This document shows, in pieces, positions 33,282-41,055 of a DNA stretch of 52,569 bases. Made by a program: the position numbers and the translations under genes. The notes under the pieces were generated by a model, which made no database searches, had not been told where the DNA came from, and saw nothing but the letters and a program-made list of their open reading frames with translations. The stretch lies in the NCBI GenBank assembly GCA_021161185.1, contig JAGHBC010000083.1, forward strand, positions 1-52,569, given 5' to 3'. Every line of letters starts with the position of its first letter. Position 1 is the stretch's first letter. Source of the DNA: Fidelibacterota bacterium (GTDB taxonomy: Bacteria; Fidelibacterota; UBA2242).

Positions 33282-33355
33282 GCAATTTGAAATTTGAAAT
33301 TATTTGACCGGTTCCTACTCAGCAATAGTTTCAATTTCAACCTTCGTCTGCTGTT
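33282..33355 (-). pseudogene. Remnant copy of the 3' end of the propeller-transglutaminase gene (W codon changed to TAG)
   Basis: 65 of 74 positions are identical to 35210-35283 by manual alignment. The minus strand reads QTKVEIETIAE*EPVK*, against QTKVEIETIAEWEPVK* in the intact gene. The following atttcaaatttcaaattgc is also shared. Confidence 0.65.
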
Positions 33356-33436
33356 GATATAATCCGTCCCGGAGCACCTGCCCGACCAGATTGCCGACAG
33401 GCCGGCGGGGAGCCCCGGAACGAGAATGAAAAACTC

Positions 33437-33485
33437 TAAACCCCGAACAGGTCGTTAAAAACACATCGTCTCAAAAGAGATGCCG
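33437..33485. repeat. Direct repeat copy 2
   Basis: See 33190-33237. Confidence 0.7.
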
Positions 33486-33541
33486 TTGGCGTGATCAGGT
33501 GTGAAAAGATTTGTTAGCAATGAGTTTAAGTAAAAAGATAC

Positions 33542-33570
33542 TTGACACGAAACATTTAGTTGTGTAGTTT
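33542..33570 (+). promoter_or_regulatory. Possible sigma-70-type promoter for the antitoxin/toxin pair (TTGACA-17 nt-TAGTTT)
   Basis: TTGACA at 33542-33547, a 17-nt spacer, then TAGTTT at 33565-33570, about 70 nt upstream of the antitoxin start. A motif match only. Confidence 0.3.
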
Positions 33571-33641
33571 GTTTACGTATATAGTGCTGTATGAAACAGC
33601 GTAAGAATATATTATAATTAGAAGTATTTATGGAGGAGAAA

Positions 33642-33902
33642 ATGTACGTTGGTAATCGCAAAAACGATAAAACAAAACGCATCAATTTCACTATTTCCCA
33701 ATCTTTAAACGTAAAAGCGGAAAAAATTGCTAGAGATATGAACGTTAGCATAAGCAATTTACTTAGAAGAGCACTTGAAAAATATATTGCCGAAAATGAA
33801 CAAGAAAAAATTGATCTGGAATTATCTGAAGGTTATAAAGCTAATTATGAATACTATTCAAATTCACAAAAAGAGTGGCGTTTTGCAGATTCTTTGGAGT
33901 AA
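33642..33902 (+). CDS. Ribbon-helix-helix (CopG/MazE-like) antitoxin
   Basis: KRINFTISQSLNVKAEKIARDMNVSISNLLRRALEKYI is an RHH pattern. Start set at MYVGN (ATG 33642) because GGAGGAG lies 4 nt upstream; the alternative start is 33630. Confidence 0.7.
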   Translation: MYVGNRKNDKTKRINFTISQSLNVKAEKIARDMNVSISNLLRRALEKYIAENEQEKIDLELSEGYKANYEYYSNSQKEWRFADSLE

Positions 33903-33908
33903 AATATA

Positions 33909-34263
33909 ATGGCAGACATGATCTTACGTGGAGATGTTTATGAGATAGACCTTAATTCTACAATAGGAGCTGAAAGAAACAAGATTCGACCTTGTGTAGT
34001 AATCCAAAATAATGTGGGTAATAAATACGCGCCTCTAACAATTATTGCTACAATAACAGCACGAGAATCAATTAAAGGGAGGCTCCCTGTTTTAGTTGAT
34101 GTTAATCGTGGAGAAGGGGGGATTAACAAAGGATAGTTATATAGATTGCGGACAAATAAGGACAATTGATAAACAAAGAATTATAGGAAAACCGGGTTGC
34201 TTTACTCCAGAAATAATGAAAAAAATAGACCGCGCACTTAAAATTTCACTTAATTTGAAATAG
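33909..34263 (+). pseudogene. mazF: MazF/PemK-family toxin gene with +1 frameshift at a G6 run
   Basis: Frame 1: RGDVYEIDLNSTIGAERNKIRPCVVIQNNVGNKYAPLTIIATIT...LPVLVDVN. After GGGGGG (34116-34121) the homologous continuation GLTKDSYIDCGQIRTIDKQRIIGKPGCFTPEIMKKIDRALKISLNLK* is in the +1 frame, with its stop at 34261-34263. Confidence 0.7.
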
Positions 34264-34432
34264 CACTAACGTTTTTTCTGGTTGCAGGGCTCTTGCTCTG
34301 CAACTGATATGATCCACCCAGGAACGGGAATGAAATCTTTCATTTTTCACAAATCCTTCCCAAACTCCCAAAACCTCTAATCGTGAATCAGCGGTCCCTG
34401 TTAGGTGAAGGGGATGGATAAGCATTTTGTTT

Positions 34433-34898
34433 TTATCCTCCCGGACTACCAAAATCTATTTTTTTCAATGGCATAGGCAAAACGCCTTGTATTCCAATAT
34501 CTGTATTCAATCCTTTTCCCTGCTTATATGAAAAATCGGCTGTGGCAAAAATAATCATTCCTGAAAATATTGTTGCCCGAGGAGCAACGTCTTTACCATC
34601 AAAAGATAATCCTAATCCGCCACCGTATATGATGATTTCGTAAAAAGTCCTGAAAGTGTCATTCTGAGTGATAACGAAGAATCTCTAATGCCTTTATGAA
34701 CAATATTATAAAGATTCTTCACTTCGCTCAAGAATGACATATTTTCCCCTTTTTACGAAACCGTCCATATATAAACTGTATCTTCCACTCGCCCAATGTT
34801 TTTGTCATTCTTCTCATTTGAATACCAATATGGTAATAATCTCTATATTGGATTTTTTTATTTTTAGTTATTCCACCTCTCGCACCAATAGTAACATC
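34433..34898 (-). pseudogene. Remnant of an outer-membrane beta-barrel-like gene, interrupted by a palindromic element and truncated by a MITE-like repeat
   Basis: Minus-strand translations: DVTIGARGGITKNKKIQYRDYYHIGIQ...EWKIQFIYGRF (34898-34758) and YEIIIYGGGLGLSFDGKDVAPRATIFSGMIIFATADFSYKQGKGLNTDIGIQG... (34642-34433). Both have an alternating beta-strand pattern. There is no start codon or intact frame. Confidence 0.3.
34637..34759. repeat. 123-bp imperfect palindrome (REP/MITE-like hairpin)
   Basis: Outer arms: ttcgtaaaaag (34637-34647) / ctttttacgaa (34749-34759). Inner arms: gtcattctgagtgataacgaagaatct (34658-34684) / agattcttcacttcgctcaagaatgac (34712-34738). Confidence 0.6.
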
Positions 34899-35154
34899 AG
34901 AACTCCTGACCTATCGCAAATTATTCTGTCGCTAATTTACAAAGCAAGCACATATTTGCCACGGGGAATATTGTTACCAAGGAAACGCCCCAACTTGGTA
35001 ATAATAATTTAGTTTTATACGGGAAAAACGTTAGTTGCATTTGCATATTTTATTATCCTTCTTCTGCTCGTTTTGTTGCAAATTAAGACAATTAAATCTG
35101 CGAATCAACTGCTATTATTCATTGTTTTTTCAATATCAGGTCAGGAGTTCTGAG
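34897..35154. repeat. MITE-like repeat, long copy (16-bp terminal inverted repeats)
   Basis: TCAGAACTCCTGACCT (34897-34912) is the reverse complement of AGGTCAGGAGTTCTGA (35139-35154). The last 31 bp are identical to 95-125. I saw no ORF inside. Confidence 0.5.
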
Positions 35155-35227
35155 GTTACAACATTAAACCGGTAATTGAGGCTATCGCCGCTAAAATGGG
35201 AAATCATCTGCAATTTGAAATTTGAAA

Positions 35228-36820
35228 TTACTTAACCGGTTCCCACTCCGCAATAGTCTCAATTTCCACTTTTGTCTGCGGTTCCGATGTCCAGAATTCG
35301 TTGGAATTATAGGTCCAGCCCATGGTTTCGGAGCCGCCGCCGCTTTCTGTGGTAATCAGAAACCGATTTGCCAGATGCCCAAAATAATTCGCCTGGTCCC
35401 GGGGCAAATCATTATCGCCACCGCTGGGATCCACGGGTATCCAGCCGTAATTCGGCAGATAAACCTCTGCCCAGCGATGAAAGACATCATCCATGCTGGC
35501 ATCGTCACCTCGCACAACCACCGAGCCGACATAGCGCGCCGGCAATCCCGCCGCCCGGCACATAGCGATATAGACAAAGGAATATTCGGAACAGGAACCG
35601 TTGCCCCGCGCCAAAACCGTCGGCGCCGTATTCCAGCCGCCAACCCGTTCATAATACAAATTTTCGATAAGATAATTGAAAATTTTCCGGGCAATCCAAT
35701 ACGGACTTTGCTCGTCGCCGACACATTTAGTAACGGCATCTCTGATCACCGGATGGTTGATCTGATATTTCTCATTATCCTCAAGATAAAGCGCCGTAAT
35801 CTCTTTTGGAATTTCATCTAAAGAACCGACCTCATCGGGAAAGATGAAATAGCGTGTTTCATAAATCGTCGCATCCACAACGGATACCACATTCTGAATA
35901 GTTTGCGGTTTTAGATTTTTTGTGGCAAAAAAAGCGGTTTCCTGTCCCCATTTATCAGTTACAATGCGAGTATACGCAGGTTGGTACTGTATTTCACCGT
36001 GAATTTCCTGGGTGTCCCTGTTTTGAGGAATTGCGAGATGAACATCGAGTGTTTTTATTTTTCCGGGACCAAAATTTTTAACCTGGTGAGTCATGGTAAC
36101 TGTTGCGCGGCGGTCATTTGTCCTGACGAATTTTTGTCCGTCTTTCAATTTCAGTTGATAAATTTTGTCGTTTTGATAATCGACAGCCCAGATATTATCA
36201 CCGCCAAAAGCCAGACCGCGGGTAAAAGGACCCGGAGCGTCGGTAATTAAAACCACACAGCCGCTTTCGGGATCAACCATATAAATTTCATCCTTGATTC
36301 GATCGGATACCCACAAATACTTCCCGTCAAAACATAACCCTCTTGGATCCTTTGCCGGCGCTTTAAACTCCCTGATCGTCGTACCGTCATCGGGGCTGAA
36401 CTGGATTATTTTATCGGCAATGTCATCGGCACACCAGAGATATTGACCGTCCCACGCCAGCCCCCGGGGACTTCGCTCGGGCGATTCAACCGTTTTGAGA
36501 ATAATTCCCGTTTGGGGATCAATTTTAAAAATTTTTCCCTCTTTCCAATCGGCATTCCAGAGCGCTTCACCGTCCCAGCACAGACCCATGGGCCAGTAGG
36601 CGGGTGAATCAATAGATCTTAGCACTTTGCCGTTTTTCGGGTTGATGTAAAACAGTTTGTCTGCTTTGCGGTCAGCCAGCCACAGATTTTTCCCATCGAA
36701 TGCGAGCCCCATCGGACAGCTGCCGGGCGTGTCAAATTCTTTGACTACCTCGCCGGTGTACGCCCATAACCCATTGAACAAAAACAAAACCAACATCATG
36801 ACAGAAAATAATTTCTTCAT
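35228..36820 (-). CDS. Secreted beta-propeller (glutamine-cyclotransferase/NHL-like repeats) fused to a transglutaminase-like cysteine protease domain
   Basis: Signal peptide. Six or more repeats of the type P.GL.[WF]DG..LW..D...D.I....P..G. The C-terminal domain has GNGSCSEYSFVYIAMCRAAGLPARYV ... FHRWAEVYLPNYGWIPVDPS, the Cys-His-Asp transglutaminase core. Confidence 0.75.
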   Translation of the reverse strand: MKKLFSVMMLVLFLFNGLWAYTGEVVKEFDTPGSCPMGLAFDGKNLWLADRKADKLFYINPKNGKVLRSIDSPAYWPMGLCWDGEALWNADWKEGKIFKIDPQTGIILKTVESPERSPRGLAWDGQYLWCADDIADKIIQFSPDDGTTIREFKAPAKDPRGLCFDGKYLWVSDRIKDEIYMVDPESGCVVLITDAPGPFTRGLAFGGDNIWAVDYQNDKIYQLKLKDGQKFVRTNDRRATVTMTHQVKNFGPGKIKTLDVHLAIPQNRDTQEIHGEIQYQPAYTRIVTDKWGQETAFFATKNLKPQTIQNVVSVVDATIYETRYFIFPDEVGSLDEIPKEITALYLEDNEKYQINHPVIRDAVTKCVGDEQSPYWIARKIFNYLIENLYYERVGGWNTAPTVLARGNGSCSEYSFVYIAMCRAAGLPARYVGSVVVRGDDASMDDVFHRWAEVYLPNYGWIPVDPSGGDNDLPRDQANYFGHLANRFLITTESGGGSETMGWTYNSNEFWTSEPQTKVEIETIAEWEPVK

Positions 36821-36860
36821 GTTGTCCCCCGTTGTTAATATTTTTTCATTTTATGCCGTA

Positions 36861-37289
36861 TTACAAACAGCTTGTAAGATCTTTCAAGCCCTTAAGATAG
36901 GGCCCCGTGCCGGGCAGGCAGTACCGGAATTTTACAACATCCGTCAGCACGGATTGATCGTAGTTTTCTTTTGAAAAAGGAAATTCGCTCAGGTGAACTT
37001 CAGCGGTGGGTATCTGGAGAATCGCCAGCAATTCCCTGATTCCATAAGCCGTTCTGGCCAGGGGTCCGGGATTAATCAAGATACCGGCAATCTCTTTCCG
37101 GCTACGGCTGATTGTTTTCATTATATGTTCTTCGTCGTAAAACTGCAAGATTTTCAAATCTATGTTCAGCTCTGTTGCGGCTTTTCGCAGGGACCTGTTG
37201 ATTTTATCAATTGTTAACCGTGTCCCCGTGTTCGCCGAGACTTTTCCTAAAAGAGGCATATTGGGACCGTGAATAACCAATATTTTCAT
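36861..37289 (-). CDS. Type II 3-dehydroquinate dehydratase-like protein with substituted catalytic residues
   Basis: MKILVIHGPNMPLLG..., GILINPGPLARTAYGIRE, AEVHLSE align to AroQ blocks (GPNLNxLG, INPGAxxHTS, VEVHLSN). The lid REPxxYG, the Asn of the QSNHEG block and the His of HTS are all replaced. Confidence 0.6.
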   Translation of the reverse strand: MKILVIHGPNMPLLGKVSANTGTRLTIDKINRSLRKAATELNIDLKILQFYDEEHIMKTISRSRKEIAGILINPGPLARTAYGIRELLAILQIPTAEVHLSEFPFSKENYDQSVLTDVVKFRYCLPGTGPYLKGLKDLTSCL

Positions 37290-37443
37290 ATCGGAAAAAT
37301 AACAGAGAATATTCTTATAAACAACCCCCGGGTGAATAAATTTCCATAATTTTTTGCGTGTTCCCGCGAAAGCGACAAGGATAAGGTTGTATTTTCATGG
37401 TATTCCTGATAGATTACAAACAGTATTTCAAGGGATATCAAAA

Positions 37444-38643
37444 ATGATTGACCGATTTTACCCTTTTATTAAAGAACTTTACAATTTCATTGCCATAATG
37501 TGGAGTTATCCGCTTATTCAGAATAAAATCCTGGATATACGCCTTGGCAAATTTCTCCTGGCAACGCTAATTATTTTACTGGGGAGGCGCATAGCCCGCT
37601 ACCTCGCAGTAAAAATCAACCTTCTTTTTATCGTTCGGTTTATCAAAGATAAAAAAACCCGCACCTGGCTTGAATCTACTATCGGCACATTCTTATCCGT
37701 GGCGCTGGTGTTGGCGGCTTTGCTCCTCATGGGATTTTCATCAAGCGCTTTTGTTAAGACCTGGCGATTGACTATTTTTTCCATCAAGGGTAGCGACATT
37801 AAGCTGGGCAATATTATTATCGGCTTTATCCTGTTAATCCTGGGACTGGGACTGACTAACTATCTATCCCGTCAGATTGTAATGCTGATTCCCCGGCGTT
37901 TCCAGGAAGATATTTCAGTAAAAAAATCCCTTGAGACCATTTTTAAATATATTCTGTTCGTATTTGTGCTGCTTTTTGTGCTTAGCGTTGTGGGAATTCC
38001 TCTCACCGCTTTCACAGTTATTGGCGGAGGTTTCGCCATCGGCTTCGGTCTCGGCAGCCAGCACCTGGTCAATAATTTTCTGAGCGGGCTGGTGTTAATG
38101 ATGGAGCGACCATTAAAAGTCGGTGATATCGTCGAAATAGAAAACCACCGGGGAACAGTAGAACATATTGGCGGTCGGTCAACCCGTATCCGCACTTTTG
38201 AAAATTACCGACTGGTAATGCCAAATAGCAAACTGCTCGAAAATACCGTCGTCAACTGGTCGCTGGTGGACAACTTCCTGCGCCGAGAGATTAATGTCGG
38301 CGTCGCTTACGGTTCACCGGTATGGAAAGTGCATGATCTGATTTTAAAAGCCGTTAAAGACCACCCCGCAATCGAAAATCAGCCGGAGCCAATCGTGCTT
38401 TTCACTGATTTCGGCGACAGCGCACTAATGTTTAAAACCTATTTTTGGATTCAACTTTCCGAAGAAATCAATCCGCTGATTGTGGAAAGCGATGTCCGGT
38501 TTCGCGTTGACGAGCTGTTCCGGGATGCCGGTATTGTTATTGCCTTTCCCCAGCTGGACATTCATTTGGATGCACAGGATCCTATGGGAATAAAAATTAT
38601 CGATTCACAAAAAGTCGAAACCAACAAAACCGACCGTAAGTAG
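37444..38643 (+). CDS. Mechanosensitive ion channel (MscS family)
   Basis: GGGFAIGFGLGSQHLVNNFLSGLVLMMERPLKVGDIVEIENHRGTVEHIGGRSTRIRTFEN. Start moved to MIDRFYPF (ATG 37444). Confidence 0.85.
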   Translation: MIDRFYPFIKELYNFIAIMWSYPLIQNKILDIRLGKFLLATLIILLGRRIARYLAVKINLLFIVRFIKDKKTRTWLESTIGTFLSVALVLAALLLMGFSSSAFVKTWRLTIFSIKGSDIKLGNIIIGFILLILGLGLTNYLSRQIVMLIPRRFQEDISVKKSLETIFKYILFVFVLLFVLSVVGIPLTAFTVIGGGFAIGFGLGSQHLVNNFLSGLVLMMERPLKVGDIVEIENHRGTVEHIGGRSTRIRTFENYRLVMPNSKLLENTVVNWSLVDNFLRREINVGVAYGSPVWKVHDLILKAVKDHPAIENQPEPIVLFTDFGDSALMFKTYFWIQLSEEINPLIVESDVRFRVDELFRDAGIVIAFPQLDIHLDAQDPMGIKIIDSQKVETNKTDRK

Positions 38644-38689
38644 CAGCGGGTTGTTATTTCTTTATCAACTTTTAAGAGATTGGGCCCCT

Positions 38690-39769
38690 TCATACATTAA
38701 AGCGAATTTCCATGATATCGCCGTCTTGAACGATATAATCCTTGCCTTCCAACCGAACCAGACCCTTTGCCCGGCAAGCCGGCAGACTGCCATGTTGAAC
38801 AAGATCGGCATAAGAAACGACTTCCGCCCGGATAAATCCCCGCTCAAGATCGGAATGAATGGCTCCGGCAGCTTTTTGAGCATTCGTGCCTTTTCGGATG
38901 GTCCATGACCGGCATTCGTCTTCACCAACTGTAAAAAAACTCATTAACCCAAGTTGCTCATACGACCGGTGCACGAGACGAAAAAGAGCGGGCTCCTGAA
39001 TGCCCAATTCCTCCATAAACATTTCCCGATCCTCGGGATCGAGCTCGGAAATCTCTTGCTCCACTTTCAGACAGAGAGGTACAACGCTGACATTCCCGGA
39101 ACCCGAATATTCATACTGTTGCACATAACTTTCCGCATTCTTCAGGTCTTTTTCTGCGATGTTCAGGACAATTAACATTGGTTTTGCCGTCAGAAACTGA
39201 AACCCTCTCAGTAATTTTGCTTCTTCCTTTGAAAAACTCACGTCCCGCAAAGGTGTATCCCGTTCTAAAAGAATTTTACATTTTTCAAGAAGGTTTTTTT
39301 CCTTAATATCATTCTCATTTTTGATTTTCTTAATCTGCTTCTCCAGCTTTTCGAGCCGACTCTCAATGATGACAATGTCCGACAACAACAACTCCGACGT
39401 CACATGTTGAATGTCCGCCTTTGGATCAACCCGATCGAGAGGGTGAGGATAAAACTTATTTTCAAAAGCGCGCACAACCAAAAGAATTTCATCGACAGCT
39501 TTCACGTTTGCTAAAAATTGAGCGGACATGCCACTCTCGCTGTTGCTGTCGAAGCCGGGGACTTTAATGTATTCAACCGTTGCATTTACCTTGCTCTTGG
39601 GATTGAATATCTCCGTTAATTTATCAAGACGATTGTCCTGAACTTTAATAACCCCCCTTTCAGCCTGATGTTTTGAACGAAATTCACCGCTCGCTGATTT
39701 CTGGCTCAACAACGTGGTAAAAAGAGTGGATTTACCCGAAAAAGGCAATCCGATTATTCCAACCTGCAT
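38690..39769 (-). CDS. ychF: Ribosome-binding ATPase YchF
   Basis: G1 motif GIIGLPFSGKSTLF. C-terminal TGS-like region ...RSWTIRKGTNAQKAAGAIHSDLERGFIRAEV. Confidence 0.9.
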   Translation of the reverse strand: MQVGIIGLPFSGKSTLFTTLLSQKSASGEFRSKHQAERGVIKVQDNRLDKLTEIFNPKSKVNATVEYIKVPGFDSNSESGMSAQFLANVKAVDEILLVVRAFENKFYPHPLDRVDPKADIQHVTSELLLSDIVIIESRLEKLEKQIKKIKNENDIKEKNLLEKCKILLERDTPLRDVSFSKEEAKLLRGFQFLTAKPMLIVLNIAEKDLKNAESYVQQYEYSGSGNVSVVPLCLKVEQEISELDPEDREMFMEELGIQEPALFRLVHRSYEQLGLMSFFTVGEDECRSWTIRKGTNAQKAAGAIHSDLERGFIRAEVVSYADLVQHGSLPACRAKGLVRLEGKDYIVQDGDIMEIRFNV

Positions 39770-39926
39770 TTTAACTCCAAAAATGTTTTCTTCATTATCA
39801 AAAAGTAGCGAAACTTAAAGAAAAATAACCTGCCCCCCAAATTGTAAGTCTTAATTTCCCCGGTGGAGGTTTTTTCTTATTCAATAATATTGGTATATTT
39901 CAAAGTTCTATAAAATTGGAGGTTTT

Positions 39927-41048
39927 ATGTCAATTGAAATCACCCCGGTACACACCAAAAGCGAAATGAAGCAATTTGTCAAATTCCCATGGAAAATCTA
40001 TTCCGGGTACCCCAACTGGGTTCCGCCCCTGCTCTCAGAACAGAAAAAGATGTTAAGCAAGCGGCACTACCCGTTTTTTGAACACTCTGACGCAGAATTT
40101 TTTCTTGCCAAAAGAAACGGTGAAATCGCCGGGCGAATCGCCGCCATTAAAAACAATAATCATTTAAAAGTTTATAATGACGGTGTTGGATTTTTCGGTT
40201 TTTTCGAAGCCCTAAATGACCGGGAAATTACCCACGCTCTGTTCAAAAAAGCCGCCGCCTGGCTCAAAAAACAGGGCTTGAAATATATTCGCGGTCCTGA
40301 AAATTATTCACAGAATGAAACTATCGGTTTACTTATCGATGCATTTGATCAGCCACCGGTCATAGAAATGCCATATAATCCACCCTATTATATTGACCTC
40401 ATCGAGTCCGCCGGATTTAAGAAAAAGATGGATCTCTACGCCTATTCAGTCAGAGATGTAAACGATATACCAAATCGGTTGGCTCGTGCGGTAGAAAAAA
40501 TACGGGAAAATGCCGATTTCACTGTTCGCGAGATCAACATGAAAAAACTTGATGAAGAGGTTCAACGCGTTAAGCTGGTCTACAATGCCGCCTGGGCGGA
40601 AAATTGGGGTGCCGTACCGCTGACCGACAAAGAGATAGATGAATTCAAGAATAGCTTAAAACAAGTCGTCGTTCCCGACATGGCTCTGATTGCCGAGATC
40701 GATGGAAATCCGGTTGGGGTATCCCTTACTATACCGGACGTCAATGAAGCCTTAATAAAATTGCGAAACGGTCGTCTGTTTCCCTTCGGAATATTTAAAC
40801 TGCTCTGGTATAACCGTAAAATCACTGGCACCCGAACCATTATTATGGGTGTATTAAAAGAACACCGCTACAAAGGAATCGATGTTGTTTTCTATTATGA
40901 AACATTCAAAAACGGTTTAAGACATGGGTTTAATAAGGGTGAGATGTCCTGGATATTGGAAAACAATCTACCCATGCGGCGGGCTTTGGAAAAAATCTAC
41001 GGCACGCATATCAGCAAAACCTATCGTCTTTTTGAAAAGGAAGTGTAA
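39927..41048 (+). CDS. Uncharacterised GNAT-fold acyltransferase-like protein (373 aa)
   Basis: FVKFPWKIYSGYPNWVPPL...GRIAAIKNNNH...GFFGFFE...IRGPENYSQNETIGLLIDAF is a pattern I recognise from a conserved family usually annotated as N-acetyltransferase. Function unknown. Confidence 0.5.
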   Translation: MSIEITPVHTKSEMKQFVKFPWKIYSGYPNWVPPLLSEQKKMLSKRHYPFFEHSDAEFFLAKRNGEIAGRIAAIKNNNHLKVYNDGVGFFGFFEALNDREITHALFKKAAAWLKKQGLKYIRGPENYSQNETIGLLIDAFDQPPVIEMPYNPPYYIDLIESAGFKKKMDLYAYSVRDVNDIPNRLARAVEKIRENADFTVREINMKKLDEEVQRVKLVYNAAWAENWGAVPLTDKEIDEFKNSLKQVVVPDMALIAEIDGNPVGVSLTIPDVNEALIKLRNGRLFPFGIFKLLWYNRKITGTRTIIMGVLKEHRYKGIDVVFYYETFKNGLRHGFNKGEMSWILENNLPMRRALEKIYGTHISKTYRLFEKEV

Positions 41049-41055
41049 GAGATTT

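Noticed and set aside
34246-34452. 68-aa minus-strand ORF (TTG start) in the islet.
   Set aside because: It overlaps the 3' end of the mazF C-terminal frame, has no recognisable motif, and sits directly downstream of the OMP-like remnant in another frame. It is probably a chance ORF in decayed DNA.
34263-35040. Possible terminal inverted repeat CTAACGTTTTT (about 34266-34276) / AAAAACGTTAG (about 35025-35035) framing about 775 bp.
   Set aside because: Only about 11 bp match perfectly, and the flanks do not extend the match. Such a match can arise by chance in AT-rich DNA. The interval is better explained by the OMP remnant plus the two better-supported repeat elements.
35131-35154. caggtcagg within the 31-bp repeat resembles the conserved CCAGGTCAGGTCCGGAAGG core of SRP (4.5S) RNA.
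   Set aside because: The similarity stops after 9 nt, with no GGAAG/GNAR tetraloop region or complementary 5' strand. The sequence also occurs twice as part of an inverted-repeat element.
39820-39880. Imperfect GC stem followed by TTTTTT (aacctgcccccc...ccccggtggaggtttttt) upstream of the GNAT-like operon; considered as an attenuator or terminator.
   Set aside because: The arms pair poorly, with several mismatches, and no upstream plus-strand gene needs terminating. Insufficient evidence without covariation data.
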